Positions 26,125-35,518 of a stretch of DNA of 37,672 nt are shown here, piece after piece. Source of the DNA: an uncultured Nitrospirota bacterium (GTDB lineage: Bacteria; Nitrospirota; Nitrospiria; JACQBZ01); the NCBI GenBank assembly GCA_964372835.1, contig CAYJTJ010000001.1:15793-53464 (forward strand), in the 5' to 3' direction. The first letter of the stretch is position 1. Every line of letters begins with the position of its first letter. The notes beneath the pieces were generated by a model, which saw nothing but the letters and a program-made list of their open reading frames with translations, made no database searches and was not told where the DNA came from. Position numbers and translations under genes: made by a program.

Positions 26125-26720
26125 TGGGCGAAATTCCGAAGGACGGACAGGCCGACCGACTGGCTTTTTTCGGGATGAAACTGGCACGCGTAGACGTTAT
26201 CCTTGGCCACGCTGGAGGCGAACGGGGATCCGTAATCCGTCGTGGTGGCGATGATTCCGGGATCCTCCGGAATCGCGTAGTACGAGTGAACAAAATAAAC
26301 CATGGCCGGGTCCGGAAGACCGGTCAGGAACGGATTGGGCCTTTTGATCTGAAGAGTGTTCCACCCCATGTGCGGAACTTTTAGTCCGGGATCTTTGAAA
26401 CGGACGACTCTCCCTCGAAACCACCCCAGACCCGGGTGTGGCCCAAACTCTTCGCTCTCCGTGAAGAGGAGTTGAAGGCCGAGGCAGATTCCCAGGAACG
26501 GCCTGCCGCTTGCGAGGACCTGCAAAACCACCGGGACCAAATCTAGCGCCTGCAAATTTCTCATGCAATCCGGGAAAGCCCCGACGCCCGGAAGGACGAC
26601 ATGGCCGGCCTCAAGGATGGTTCGGGAATCCCGGGTGATCGCGGCCTCGTATCCCAGTCGTTCGAAGGCCTTCGTAACGCTGCGGAGGTTGCCCATACCG
26701 TAGTCGATGATGGCGATCAT
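26115..26720 (-). CDS. hisH: Imidazole glycerol phosphate synthase, glutaminase subunit
   Basis: MIAIIDYGMGNLRSV. The class I amidotransferase nucleophile elbow is GICLGLQLL. FVHSY...QFHPEKS. Confidence 0.95.
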   Translation of the reverse strand: MIAIIDYGMGNLRSVTKAFERLGYEAAITRDSRTILEAGHVVLPGVGAFPDCMRNLQALDLVPVVLQVLASGRPFLGICLGLQLLFTESEEFGPHPGLGWFRGRVVRFKDPGLKVPHMGWNTLQIKRPNPFLTGLPDPAMVYFVHSYYAIPEDPGIIATTTDYGSPFASSVAKDNVYACQFHPEKSQSVGLSVLRNFAQCK

Positions 26721-26732
26721 GATGCCCCAAAC

Positions 26733-27326
26733 CTACAGCCGCCCCTTGGTCGAGGGGACCCCCCGGACCCGTCCGTCCAACCGCACCGCCTGGTCGAGGG
26801 CCCGACCGAAGGCCTTAAATACCGCCTCTAAAATGTGATGAGGATTTCGTCCGTACGGAACGGTAATGTGAAGGGTGATTCCGCTCCTGACCACAAAGGC
26901 TTTGAAGAATTCCTCGATCAGCTCCACATCGAAATCGCGGATCTTATTTTTCTTCGGGAGTGGGACCTGGTAGATCAAATAGGGTCGGCCCGACAGGTCC
27001 AAGTCGACGCGCGCGATCGATTCATCCATGGGCACCGAGAACGATCCGTACCGCCGAATCCCCCGTTTATCCTTCAGGGCCTTGGCGACCGTCTCTCCCA
27101 GTACAATACCGATATCCTCCACCGTGTGGTGAAAATCGACCTCGATATCGCCTTTGGCCATCACAAAGAGGTCGAACGAGCCGTGCTTGGCCATGAGGGT
27201 CAGCATGTGATCCAAGAAAGGCATCGTTGTTCGAACGCGACTCTGCCCCCGGCCGTCCAAATCCAGGCGGATCTTGACCTGGGTCTCCGTCGTTTTTCTC
27301 TCGACCTCCGCGCGGCGGGACTTCAT
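26733..27326 (-). CDS. hisB: Imidazoleglycerol-phosphate dehydratase (monofunctional)
   Basis: RKTTETQV..., metal-binding FHHTVEDIG and [17 protein letters not shown]. At 197 aa there is no phosphatase domain. Confidence 0.95.
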   Translation of the reverse strand: MKSRRAEVERKTTETQVKIRLDLDGRGQSRVRTTMPFLDHMLTLMAKHGSFDLFVMAKGDIEVDFHHTVEDIGIVLGETVAKALKDKRGIRRYGSFSVPMDESIARVDLDLSGRPYLIYQVPLPKKNKIRDFDVELIEEFFKAFVVRSGITLHITVPYGRNPHHILEAVFKAFGRALDQAVRLDGRVRGVPSTKGRL

Positions 27327-28606
27327 CGGATTCGGACCTTCACGGCTTGAGCATGGGCATGAAGCCCTTCCATTTCCGCGATCCGGACGGCCGACTCGCC
27401 GACTCTTCGTAGGCCCTCCGGGCGGAATGAGAGCAGGCTGGTTTTCTTTACGAAGTCGTCCACGGATAAAGGCGATGAGAACCGTGCCGTTCCCCCGGTC
27501 GGCAGGACGTGATTCGGCCCGGCGACGTAGTCCCCGAGGGACTCCGTGGTATAGTGTCCTAAGAAGACGGCGCCGGCGTGGCGGATCAACGGCAGCAGAT
27601 CCTGCGGTCGATCCACGGCCAACTCAAGATGTTCGGGGGCGAACCGGTTGGCCATCCGTGCGGCCTCGGCCAGATCATTAACGATCAATATCCTTCCGCC
27701 CCGTCTCAGCGCGGCGGCGATAATTTTCTTCCGGGGAAGCTTGGGCAGTCGCTTTTTCATTTCGGCGCGGACCCCGCGGACCAGGGACTCGCTGGGCGTA
27801 ATCAAGATCGAAATCGCGTCCTCGTCGTGCTCGGCCTGAGAAAGCAGATCCGCCGCGACGAATCTCGGATCGGCGGTCTCGTCCGCGATCACGACGATCT
27901 CGCTCGGCCCCGCGATCATGTCAATGCCCACCTCGCCGAACACCTGCTTTTTGGCGGCGGCCACATAACGGTTTCCGGGTCCGACGACTTTGTCCACCTT
28001 CCGGATCGACTCCGTTCCGTAAGCCATCGCCGCGATGGCTTGGGCGCCGCCGATGGCGTAGATCTCGTCGATGCCGATCAGGTCGGCGGCGACCAGAAGG
28101 TGCGGATTGAGTTCTCCCCCCGGGGCCGGGGTGCACATAACCACCTCCGGGACGCCCGCCACTTTGGCCGGAATCCCGTTCATCAGTACGGACGAAGGAT
28201 AAGCCGCCTTCCCGCCCGGCACGTAAAGGCCCACCCGGTCCAGTGGACGGACAATCTGACCCAACGTGATCTGGCCCTCCTCGTAACTCCAGCTCCGTGT
28301 CCGTTGTCGCTCGTGGAAGGCCTCGATCCGCCCCGCCGCGAACTTCAAGGCGTCTACCGCCGATTTTGAGACAAGCCGGTAGGCCTCCTTGATCCGCTCC
28401 GGAACGACACGGAAGTCTCGGCCGATCGGTCGGGCATGGTCGAACTTCCGTGCGAACCGAATGACCGCGCGATCCCCCTCCCGCTGGACGGCCCTCAGGA
28501 TCGCCCGGACGGCCGCCTCAATCCGTGGGTCGCTCACCGAACGGGGTCGGATCCGGCTTAAGAAGGCTTCCGAGGCGTTTTTTCGATGGAATCGGATCAG
28601 CTTCAT
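27323..28606 (-). CDS. hisD: Histidinol dehydrogenase
   Basis: 427 aa. Strings [23 protein letters not shown] and [11 protein letters not shown]. It has 4-nt overlaps with both hisG and hisB. Confidence 0.95.
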   Translation of the reverse strand: MKLIRFHRKNASEAFLSRIRPRSVSDPRIEAAVRAILRAVQREGDRAVIRFARKFDHARPIGRDFRVVPERIKEAYRLVSKSAVDALKFAAGRIEAFHERQRTRSWSYEEGQITLGQIVRPLDRVGLYVPGGKAAYPSSVLMNGIPAKVAGVPEVVMCTPAPGGELNPHLLVAADLIGIDEIYAIGGAQAIAAMAYGTESIRKVDKVVGPGNRYVAAAKKQVFGEVGIDMIAGPSEIVVIADETADPRFVAADLLSQAEHDEDAISILITPSESLVRGVRAEMKKRLPKLPRKKIIAAALRRGGRILIVNDLAEAARMANRFAPEHLELAVDRPQDLLPLIRHAGAVFLGHYTTESLGDYVAGPNHVLPTGGTARFSSPLSVDDFVKKTSLLSFRPEGLRRVGESAVRIAEMEGLHAHAQAVKVRIR

Positions 28607-29253
28607 TCCGTCTCTTTTTCCAGGGATTTCTCCAGCCGGTTAAGCAGCGGGGAAATCAATTCCGTTTTGGTTTTGAGGCTGGCCCGATTCACAATCAGGC
28701 GAGCGCTCGATTCCGTGATGACGGCCAGTTCAACCAGATTATTTTCTCTGAGGGTCCTTCCGGTTGTGATGAGATCCACGATTTTATCCGATAGGCCGAC
28801 CAGAGGGGCCAGCTCGATCGCTCCCGAGAGCCGGATGATTTCGACCGGAAGGCCTTTTTCATTGAAGTAACGCTCCGCGATCTTCGGATATTTCGTCGCG
28901 ATCTTTAGCTTAACGGAGGGGGGGCCGGCTCCGTTTTCGATGACCTTGGGGCCGGCCACCACGATTCGGCAGCGGCCATAGTGGAGATCGAGGGGCTCGT
29001 AGACATCCGGCTCCTGCTCCATTAAAACGTCCTTTCCCACGATGCCGACATCAGCCGCGCCGTACTCCACGTAGGTGGGCACATCCGTGGCCCGCACGAT
29101 GATCAATCGCATCCCGTGCTTTCGATTGTCAAACACGAGCTTTCGGCTGTCGGAGTGCAAGCCGCGGGGGAGCAGCCCGATCCGGCTGAAGAGCGCCATG
29201 GAGGGTCCGAGGAGTCTCCCTTTCGGGAACGCGATGATGATCGGGTCCTTCAT
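28603..29253 (-). CDS. hisG: ATP phosphoribosyltransferase, short form
   Basis: MKDPIIIAFPKGRLLGPS... and DLITTGRTLRENNL. At 216 aa it lacks the C-terminal regulatory domain of long-form HisG. Confidence 0.9.
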   Translation of the reverse strand: MKDPIIIAFPKGRLLGPSMALFSRIGLLPRGLHSDSRKLVFDNRKHGMRLIIVRATDVPTYVEYGAADVGIVGKDVLMEQEPDVYEPLDLHYGRCRIVVAGPKVIENGAGPPSVKLKIATKYPKIAERYFNEKGLPVEIIRLSGAIELAPLVGLSDKIVDLITTGRTLRENNLVELAVITESSARLIVNRASLKTKTELISPLLNRLEKSLEKETE

Positions 29254-30509
29254 GGCGATGATCGAACCCGGCGAATTTCCCCGCCTAGGGCGGAAAATTT
29301 TCGCTCGATCGCCTCGTAACCCCGATCCAGATGGTAAATCCGACTGATCTCCGTCTCACCTTCGGCCGCCAGACCGGCCAGTACCAGGCACGCGCTGGCC
29401 CTAAGATCCGTGGCCATCAGGGGGGCGCCGCCAAGCCGTTTCACTCCCCGGATGACGGCCTGGCTTCCCTCTACGCGTATGTCCGCACCCATCCGCCGAA
29501 GCTCCGCGACATGCGTAAACCGGCCCTCAAAAATCGTTTCCGAAATCCGGCTGACCCCATCGGAAAGGCTCAAGAGGGCCATCATTTGAGCCTGCATATC
29601 GGTGGGAAACCCGGGAAATGGAAGGGTCTGAATATCGACGGCCTTCGTCCGACCCTTCGAGATGGCCCGCAGGCCGTCCTTCTCCTCCCGAACGTCCATC
29701 CCCGCTTCCCTCAGTTTGAGTTGGAGCGCCTCCACGTGTTTTGGGACGCAGTTACGGACCCCGATTTCGCCTCCGGTGATGGCGGCGGCCACAAGATACG
29801 TTCCGGCCTCGATCCGGTCGGGCATCACGCGGTAGCGGCATCCGTCCAAGGATGATACGCCTTCGACCGTGATCTGGCCGGTCCCGGCGCCGCGGATCCG
29901 GGCTCCGCACCGGTTGAGGAACTGGGCGAGATCCACGATCTCGGGCTCGCAGGCGGCATTCTCGATCCGCGTCGTTCCCTCCGCCAGTGTGGCGGCCATC
30001 ATCAGGTTTTCCGTTCCCGTAACGGTGGGGAGATTCAGATCAATCCGGGCCCCCCGGAGTCGCCGCGCCTTGACGAGTACATAACCGTGATCGATTCGGA
30101 TCTCGGCCCCCATCTTTTCCAGGCCCATCAAATGGAGATTGATGGGACGGGCCCCGATGGCGCAGCCGCCGGGAAGCGAGACGCGGGCCTCACCGAAGCG
30201 GGCCGTCAGCGGGCCCAGGACCAGCACAGAGGCGCGCATCGTCTTCACGAGGTCGTACGGGGCCTCGGTCGAACGGGCCTCTTTCATCCGGACGGCCCAG
30301 GCCTCTTCCCCCTGCGTGATTTCGGCGCCGAGGTGGGATAGCAGGCGCCGGATGGTCTCAACATCCCTAAGTTTCGGAATGTTCGTCAGATGGTTTTCGC
30401 CACCGGTCAGCAACGTAGCCGCCAAAATGGGCAGGGCCGAATTTTTAGCCCCGCTCACGGCGACCTCACCTTTGAGCGGTTTTCCTCCCTTGATCAGGAT
30501 CTTATCCAT
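29250..30509 (-). CDS. murA: UDP-N-acetylglucosamine 1-carboxyvinyltransferase
   Basis: MDKILIKGGKPLKGEVAVSGAKNSALPILAA and the catalytic-Cys loop LPGGCAIGARPI. 419 aa. Confidence 0.95.
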   Translation of the reverse strand: MDKILIKGGKPLKGEVAVSGAKNSALPILAATLLTGGENHLTNIPKLRDVETIRRLLSHLGAEITQGEEAWAVRMKEARSTEAPYDLVKTMRASVLVLGPLTARFGEARVSLPGGCAIGARPINLHLMGLEKMGAEIRIDHGYVLVKARRLRGARIDLNLPTVTGTENLMMAATLAEGTTRIENAACEPEIVDLAQFLNRCGARIRGAGTGQITVEGVSSLDGCRYRVMPDRIEAGTYLVAAAITGGEIGVRNCVPKHVEALQLKLREAGMDVREEKDGLRAISKGRTKAVDIQTLPFPGFPTDMQAQMMALLSLSDGVSRISETIFEGRFTHVAELRRMGADIRVEGSQAVIRGVKRLGGAPLMATDLRASACLVLAGLAAEGETEISRIYHLDRGYEAIERKFSALGGEIRRVRSSP

Positions 30510-31407
30510 GGTCGGGAATCCGGTCCGGGATCAGGAAGATGACACGGGGTATTTGATTCAAGTCGTTCACGATCCGATCGATCCGCCAGCCGGATCCTTT
30601 TGCCATGGCGCAGACCGGATCGGCCTGGCCGAGGCCCACCTCCAGACCGAGCCGTCCGCCCGGTTTGATGAAGTCGAGCGCTCCCGGCAGCAACCTCCGA
30701 TAATAGTCCATGCCGTCTACTCCGCCATCCAAGGCGACCCGGGGCTCATACCGCCGGATTTCAGGCTGGAGGGAGGCGATCTCATCCCGGCGGACGTAGG
30801 GGGGGTTTGATAGGACCAGGTCGATCCCGCGGCGAAGGCCCATTGACCGCAACGGCTCGAGAAGGTCTCCCTCCAAAAATTTGATCCGACCGGCGATCCG
30901 GTGCCTCGATGCGTTCAGACAGGCGGTCTCAAGCGCCTGCGCCGAGCAGTCGGTCGCCAGGATCCGTGCTTTTAAGAACTCGCGCCCCAGCGATATTCCA
31001 ATGCACCCGGAACCGGTGCCCACGTCGCAGATCGTCAGGGGGGCGTCTGGCTCCGGGAAAAGCGAGATCGCCGTTTCAACGAGGACCTCGGTTTCCGGCC
31101 GCGGGATGAACACGCCGGGGCCGACCCGAAATTCCAACGCCCAAAATTCCTGGGCGCCCAGGATATACTGGAGAGGTTCGCGTCCCGATCGCCTTTCGAC
31201 CCGATCCCAGAAAAGCTCCCGATCTGTGGAATCGACCTGATCCGCCGAACCTCGGTACAGGGCTAACCGGTCGCACTTAAGGACCCGACCCAGCAAGATC
31301 TCGGCCTCCCGGCGTGCGTCCGGGATTCCGGCCTCAAGGAGAGTCCATGAGGCCCGACGCAGGAGGCTTTCGGTTGGCGAGGATGTGCCGTTCCTCAGCA
31401 TGCGCAC
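30502..31407 (-). CDS. prmC: Release-factor glutamine N5-methyltransferase
   Basis: SAM motif DVGTGSGCIGI and catalytic NPPY (LSNPPYV). Located directly downstream of prfA. Confidence 0.9.
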   Translation of the reverse strand: MRMLRNGTSSPTESLLRRASWTLLEAGIPDARREAEILLGRVLKCDRLALYRGSADQVDSTDRELFWDRVERRSGREPLQYILGAQEFWALEFRVGPGVFIPRPETEVLVETAISLFPEPDAPLTICDVGTGSGCIGISLGREFLKARILATDCSAQALETACLNASRHRIAGRIKFLEGDLLEPLRSMGLRRGIDLVLSNPPYVRRDEIASLQPEIRRYEPRVALDGGVDGMDYYRRLLPGALDFIKPGGRLGLEVGLGQADPVCAMAKGSGWRIDRIVNDLNQIPRVIFLIPDRIPDHG

Positions 31408-31417
31408 CCTGGGCCCG

Positions 31418-32518
31418 TTAGGAAGTCGCGGTCGCGTTGAGCCGTTCGGCCTGATCGGCCGCGATCAGGCCATCGACGATCTCATCCAGGTCGCCGTCTA
31501 ATACCTGTCCCAATCGGTGGAGGCTGAGACCGATTCGGTGATCCGTAATCCGGTTTTGCGGGTAGTTGTAGGTTCGAATCTTCTCGCTCCGATCTCCCGT
31601 TCCGACCTGGGACTTCCGGGCCTTGGCCATCTCGGCCTCCCGGCGGGTCCTTTCCGTTTCGAGCAAACGGGAACGAAGGACCCGCATGGCCTTGTTTTTG
31701 TTTTTGATCTGCGATCGTTCGTCCTGACAGGATACGACGACTCCCGTCGGAATATGCGTGATCCGGACGGCCGAGTGGGTGGTATTGACGCCCTGTCCAC
31801 CCGGGCCGGAGGCGCAGAATGTATCGATCCGGAGATCCTTGGTATCAACCGTGACGTCCACTTCGTCGGCTTCGGGCAGCACCGCGACCGTGACGGCCGA
31901 GGTGTGGATTCTTCCGCCCGCCTCCGTGACCGGCACCCGCTGGACCCGATGCACGCCGCTCTCGAATTTTAGCCTCCGAAAGACCCCTTTCCCTTCGATC
32001 AGGACGATTACCTCCTTCAGGCCGCCGATGCCGGTGGGGTTCGAGGTGATCAGCTCGACCTTCCAACGCTGACGTTCCGCGTAGCGGCTGTACATTCGGA
32101 ACAGCTCCGCCGCGAACAAGGCGGCCTCTTCGCCTCCCGTCCCGGCGCGGATCTCAAGGAAGGTATTCTTATCATCGAGGGGATCGCGAGGCAAGAGCAG
32201 TGTCCGGATCCGGTTATCCATCCGATCCTTTTTTCGGACCAGGGATTCCCGCTCCCCCTCCGCCAGTTCACGGAGTCCCGGCTCGGCCTTCGACTCTCCG
32301 AGGAGTTCCTCCGCCGCCGAGAGGTCCTTCAGCAGGGACTGATATTCCCGGTAGCAATCCACGAGCGGTTCGATCTCGGCCCGCTCTTTGGCCAGGCGTT
32401 GATAGAGAACCGGCTCCGCGATGGTTTGAGGATCGCCCAATCGGCACGTCACCTCCTCAAACCGCTCGAGAAGGGCATGAAGTTTCTGGAGGAAAACCTG
32501 ATCGTTTGCGGTGGCCAT
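31418..32518 (-). CDS. prfA: Peptide chain release factor 1
   Basis: GGQ motif [10 protein letters not shown] and the RF1-type P-x-T tripeptide ([17 protein letters not shown]). No frameshift site, so this is not prfB. Confidence 0.95.
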   Translation of the reverse strand: MATANDQVFLQKLHALLERFEEVTCRLGDPQTIAEPVLYQRLAKERAEIEPLVDCYREYQSLLKDLSAAEELLGESKAEPGLRELAEGERESLVRKKDRMDNRIRTLLLPRDPLDDKNTFLEIRAGTGGEEAALFAAELFRMYSRYAERQRWKVELITSNPTGIGGLKEVIVLIEGKGVFRRLKFESGVHRVQRVPVTEAGGRIHTSAVTVAVLPEADEVDVTVDTKDLRIDTFCASGPGGQGVNTTHSAVRITHIPTGVVVSCQDERSQIKNKNKAMRVLRSRLLETERTRREAEMAKARKSQVGTGDRSEKIRTYNYPQNRITDHRIGLSLHRLGQVLDGDLDEIVDGLIAADQAERLNATATS

Positions 32519-32580
32519 CGTTTATAAAACGAATCGGGGCCGGCCGGTGAGGATGGACGAACCCCGGAGAAATCCCCCTT

Positions 32581-32781
32581 TTATTTCTTCTTGTATTTCT
32601 TTCGGAATCGCTCGACCCTTCCTTCGGTATCGATGATCTTCTGCGTCCCGGTGAAAAATGGATGACAGGCGGAGCAGATTTCGACGTGGATATCCGGCCG
32701 GGTCGATCGGGTTTTAATGGCATTCCCGCAGGCGCAGGATATTGTGGTCTCCTGGTACTCGGGATGAATTTCTGCTTTCAT
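32581..32781 (-). CDS. rpmE: 50S ribosomal protein L31 (Zn-ribbon, C+ type)
   Basis: [20 protein letters not shown]...[13 protein letters not shown] 32781 has a GGAGG RBS upstream. The track start at 32868 adds 29 non-conserved residues. Confidence 0.9.
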   Translation of the reverse strand: MKAEIHPEYQETTISCACGNAIKTRSTRPDIHVEICSACHPFFTGTQKIIDTEGRVERFRKKYKKK

Positions 32782-33006
32782 GGTTTTTAATGCCTCCTTG
32801 TTCATGACCGCGCGCGGCGAGCGCACCCCCCGCCCGTAAAGGCGGGCTCTTAAAATGGAGCGGAGCAACGATGGTCGCGGCAGGGCCTCCTCGGTGTTCG
32901 GCCCGTGTTGAGGGCCGGGGATGCCGTCGGGGGGTGCGGTGTCTACCGCGAATTCCGCATTATATCACACTCGGGATCGCCTGGAAAGGGGCAGGAGGGG
33001 AGGGGA

Positions 33007-34254
33007 CTATCGGTTCATGGATTCCAAGAACTCCTTGTTGGTTTTGGTATTCCTGATTTTGTCGATGAGGAATTCCATGCTCTCCACCGTGGAAAGGGGG
33101 GTGAGAACCTTTCGGAGAATCCACATCTTATTGAGGTCATCTTTCTCAACGAGAAGTTCCTCCTTACGGGTACCCGACTGATTAATGTCGATCGATGGGA
33201 AGACGCGCTTATCCGCCAGCTTCCGGTCCAAATGCACCTCCATGTTGCCCGTTCCTTTAAACTCCTCGAAAATGACGTCATCCATCCGGCTGCCCGTGTC
33301 CACCAGGGCCGTGGCCATGATCGTGAGGCTCCCGCCGTTCTCGATATTCCGGGCCGATCCGAAAAATCGCTTCGGGCGCTGGAGGGCATTGGCATCCAAC
33401 CCGCCCGAGAGCACCTTGCCGCTGGGCGGAATGATCGAGTTATAAGCCCGGGCCAGACGGGTGATGCTGTCGAGCAGGATCACGACGTCCCGCTTGTGTT
33501 CAACCAGGCGCTTCGCCTTCTCGAGGACCATCTCGGCCACTTGGGCATGGCGCTGGGCCGGTTCGTCGAACGTCGAACTCACCACCTCCGCCTTGACCTG
33601 GCGTTGCCAATCGGTGACTTCTTCCGGTCGTTCGTCGATGAGCAGGACGATCAGTGTGATTTCGGTATGGTTCGCCAGGACGGCCTTGGCAATATTCTGG
33701 AGCAGGACCGTCTTCCCGGTGCGGGGGGAGGCCACGATCAGTCCGCGCTGTCCCTTTCCGATCGGCGTAATCAGTTCCATCACTCTTGTTGAGAGCTCCT
33801 GCGTGTCGTGTTCCAGGCGGATCTTTTCCTCCGGATACAGGGGGGTGAGGTTGTCGAACAGGATCTTGTCTCGCGCCGTTTCGGGGTCCTCAAAATTAAC
33901 CTTCTCCACCTTCAGGAGGGCGAAGTAACGCTCCCCTTCCTTGGGAGGGCGAATCTGGCCGGAGACGATATCCCCGGTGCGGAGATTGAAGCGGCGGATC
34001 TGGGACGGAGAAATATAAATGTCATCCGGGCCGGGCAGGTAATTATAATCGGGGGCGCGGAGAAATCCGAATCCGTCGGGCAGGGTCTCAAGAACTCCCT
34101 CGCCGTAGATCACGCCGTTCTTCTCGGATTGAGCCTGGAGGATGGCAAAGATCAGCTCCTGTTTCCGCAGGCTGCTGGCCCCCTCGATCTTCAGATCCTT
34201 GGCCACATCGTTCAGTTCGGCGATGCTTTTATCCTTAACTTCCTGGAGGTTCAT
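33007..34254 (-). CDS. rho: Transcription termination factor Rho
   Basis: [21 protein letters not shown]... is the Rho N-terminal helix bundle. Walker A is ASPRTGKT; LIDERPEEV also fits Rho. ATG 34254 has AAGGAG 6 nt upstream. The track start at 34281 adds 9 residues. Confidence 0.95.
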   Translation of the reverse strand: MNLQEVKDKSIAELNDVAKDLKIEGASSLRKQELIFAILQAQSEKNGVIYGEGVLETLPDGFGFLRAPDYNYLPGPDDIYISPSQIRRFNLRTGDIVSGQIRPPKEGERYFALLKVEKVNFEDPETARDKILFDNLTPLYPEEKIRLEHDTQELSTRVMELITPIGKGQRGLIVASPRTGKTVLLQNIAKAVLANHTEITLIVLLIDERPEEVTDWQRQVKAEVVSSTFDEPAQRHAQVAEMVLEKAKRLVEHKRDVVILLDSITRLARAYNSIIPPSGKVLSGGLDANALQRPKRFFGSARNIENGGSLTIMATALVDTGSRMDDVIFEEFKGTGNMEVHLDRKLADKRVFPSIDINQSGTRKEELLVEKDDLNKMWILRKVLTPLSTVESMEFLIDKIRNTKTNKEFLESMNR

Positions 34255-34579
34255 TCGGTTCTCCTTGACATCATCGATCATGCGCGGACCTAACCCCTTT
34301 CTTGAGCGCGGCGTACGGATGCGGCGCGTTCGCGAAGTTTGTTCGATTTATGCTGATTTGGTTTCAGGTGTATTTAGTTTGACCGTCTTTTTATCCACTG
34401 GGCGAACGTGAACAAGCGAGCAGCTTATGTGCCGGGTGAGATAAGGTGCAGTGGTGGATATTCACTCAGATCAACTCAGGGTCTACGATACTTGAGCACC
34501 TAATTCGGTAAAGCGTACAGATGTGAAATCCGGAACAGCGTATAGGCGAAGAATCGATGATGGTGTGTTTACGATTCGT

Positions 34580-34608
34580 ATCATAGCCGATCCCGGCCGG
34601 GTTGTCAA
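34580..34608 (-). promoter_or_regulatory. Near-consensus sigma70 promoter, probable rho promoter
   Basis: On the minus strand: TTGACA (34608-34603), a 17 nt spacer, then TATGAT (34585-34580). The predicted TSS is ~34573, about 320 nt upstream of the rho ATG. Confidence 0.55.
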
Positions 34609-34645
34609 CTGCAAATTAACCCTGAGGTCCGGCCCCCGATCGGCC

Positions 34646-35518
34646 TCATCCAAGGCTCCGGGCGCAGCGGAAGCCGGCGTCCGGATAGGCGCCTTCGGGC
34701 GCGATGTAAAACCGGTACGAGGCGCGATAGAAGTAGGGAATGGCATAGTGACCGGTTCCGCCCCAACTGCTCCCCCGGAGCACCTTGAATTTTTCGCCGA
34801 AGGCCTCGCTGAAATAGTCGGAGCCGGGATAGGCCTTGTACCAATCCGAGGTCCATTCCCAGGCGTTTCCCGACATGTCGTACGCGCCGTAGGGGCTTGC
34901 GCCTTCCTTGAAGGATCCGACCGCGGCCAGGTCGCCGATATCCGAATCCCCGGTGTTGGCCTTGTGGGGATCAAAATCATTTCCCCAGGGATACTCCCTC
35001 CCGTCCGTTCCGCGGGCGGCCTTTTCCCACTCGGCTTCGGTGGGCAATCGCTTTCCGTTCCATCGACAGAACCGTTCCGCGTCATACCAATTGACGTTCG
35101 TGACCGGATAGTTCTCGCGCCCGGGGGAAATTTTTCCATCGGGCCAGTCCTGAGGCGGCCTTGAACCGGTGGCATGGATGAACTGTTGGTAGGCGGTGGC
35201 GGTCACCTCGTGCTGATCCATATAGTAGGCCGGGAGATGGACCTTTCGGAGCGGGTGTTCGTCCAAATACCAGGGCTTGATGGTTCCGAACTCGGTGGCC
35301 TTTCCCTCCGTATCGATCTTGTCGCTTCCCATGATAAATTCCCCGGCCGGGATGAGCACCATTCCCTCCGGAGGAGTCCGCTTCTTGGCGCAGCCGGCTG
35401 GGAGCGAAAGACCGATCAGTAGGCCGACCAAGACGAGGCCGACCGTGAACGGGACGGGACCCTCATGTCTTCGTCGGCCGGCACTCATGAGCGGACGTCT
35501 CATGCGGACAAGGCGCAT
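34646..35518 (-). CDS. Exported FGE-sulfatase (SUMF1/PvdO/EgtB-fold) domain protein lacking the catalytic Cys pair
   Basis: Lipobox-like LSLPAG/C after a basic N-region. FGE-fold strings [63 protein letters not shown] and AGFRCARS. The segment after GSSW (GGTGHYAIPYFYR) has no cysteines. Confidence 0.8.
   Translation of the reverse strand: MRLVRMRRPLMSAGRRRHEGPVPFTVGLVLVGLLIGLSLPAGCAKKRTPPEGMVLIPAGEFIMGSDKIDTEGKATEFGTIKPWYLDEHPLRKVHLPAYYMDQHEVTATAYQQFIHATGSRPPQDWPDGKISPGRENYPVTNVNWYDAERFCRWNGKRLPTEAEWEKAARGTDGREYPWGNDFDPHKANTGDSDIGDLAAVGSFKEGASPYGAYDMSGNAWEWTSDWYKAYPGSDYFSEAFGEKFKVLRGSSWGGTGHYAIPYFYRASYRFYIAPEGAYPDAGFRCARSLG

Noticed and set aside
27578-28369. 263-aa + strand ORF inside hisD
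   Set aside because: It is antisense to an unambiguous hisD. Its composition is typical of spurious high-GC frames.
32782-33006. 225-nt rho-rpmE spacer inspected for an ncRNA, riboswitch or terminator
   Set aside because: I found only a 6-bp CCCGCC/GGCGGG hairpin (about 32823-32840, approximate coordinates) with no U-tract on either strand. There are no recognisable riboswitch or tRNA-like motifs. It is probably just the rpmE promoter and 5' UTR.
32905-33792. 295-aa + strand ORF opposite rho (and 33461-33928, 33808-34293)
   Set aside because: It is antisense to rho, one of the best-supported genes in the window. It has no independent signals.
34483-35175. 230-aa minus and 213-aa plus ORFs overlapping the FGE-like gene and the rho leader
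   Set aside because: They are out of frame or antisense to the FGE-domain ORF, whose fold motifs are continuous. They cross the predicted rho promoter and have proline/arginine-rich nonsense composition.
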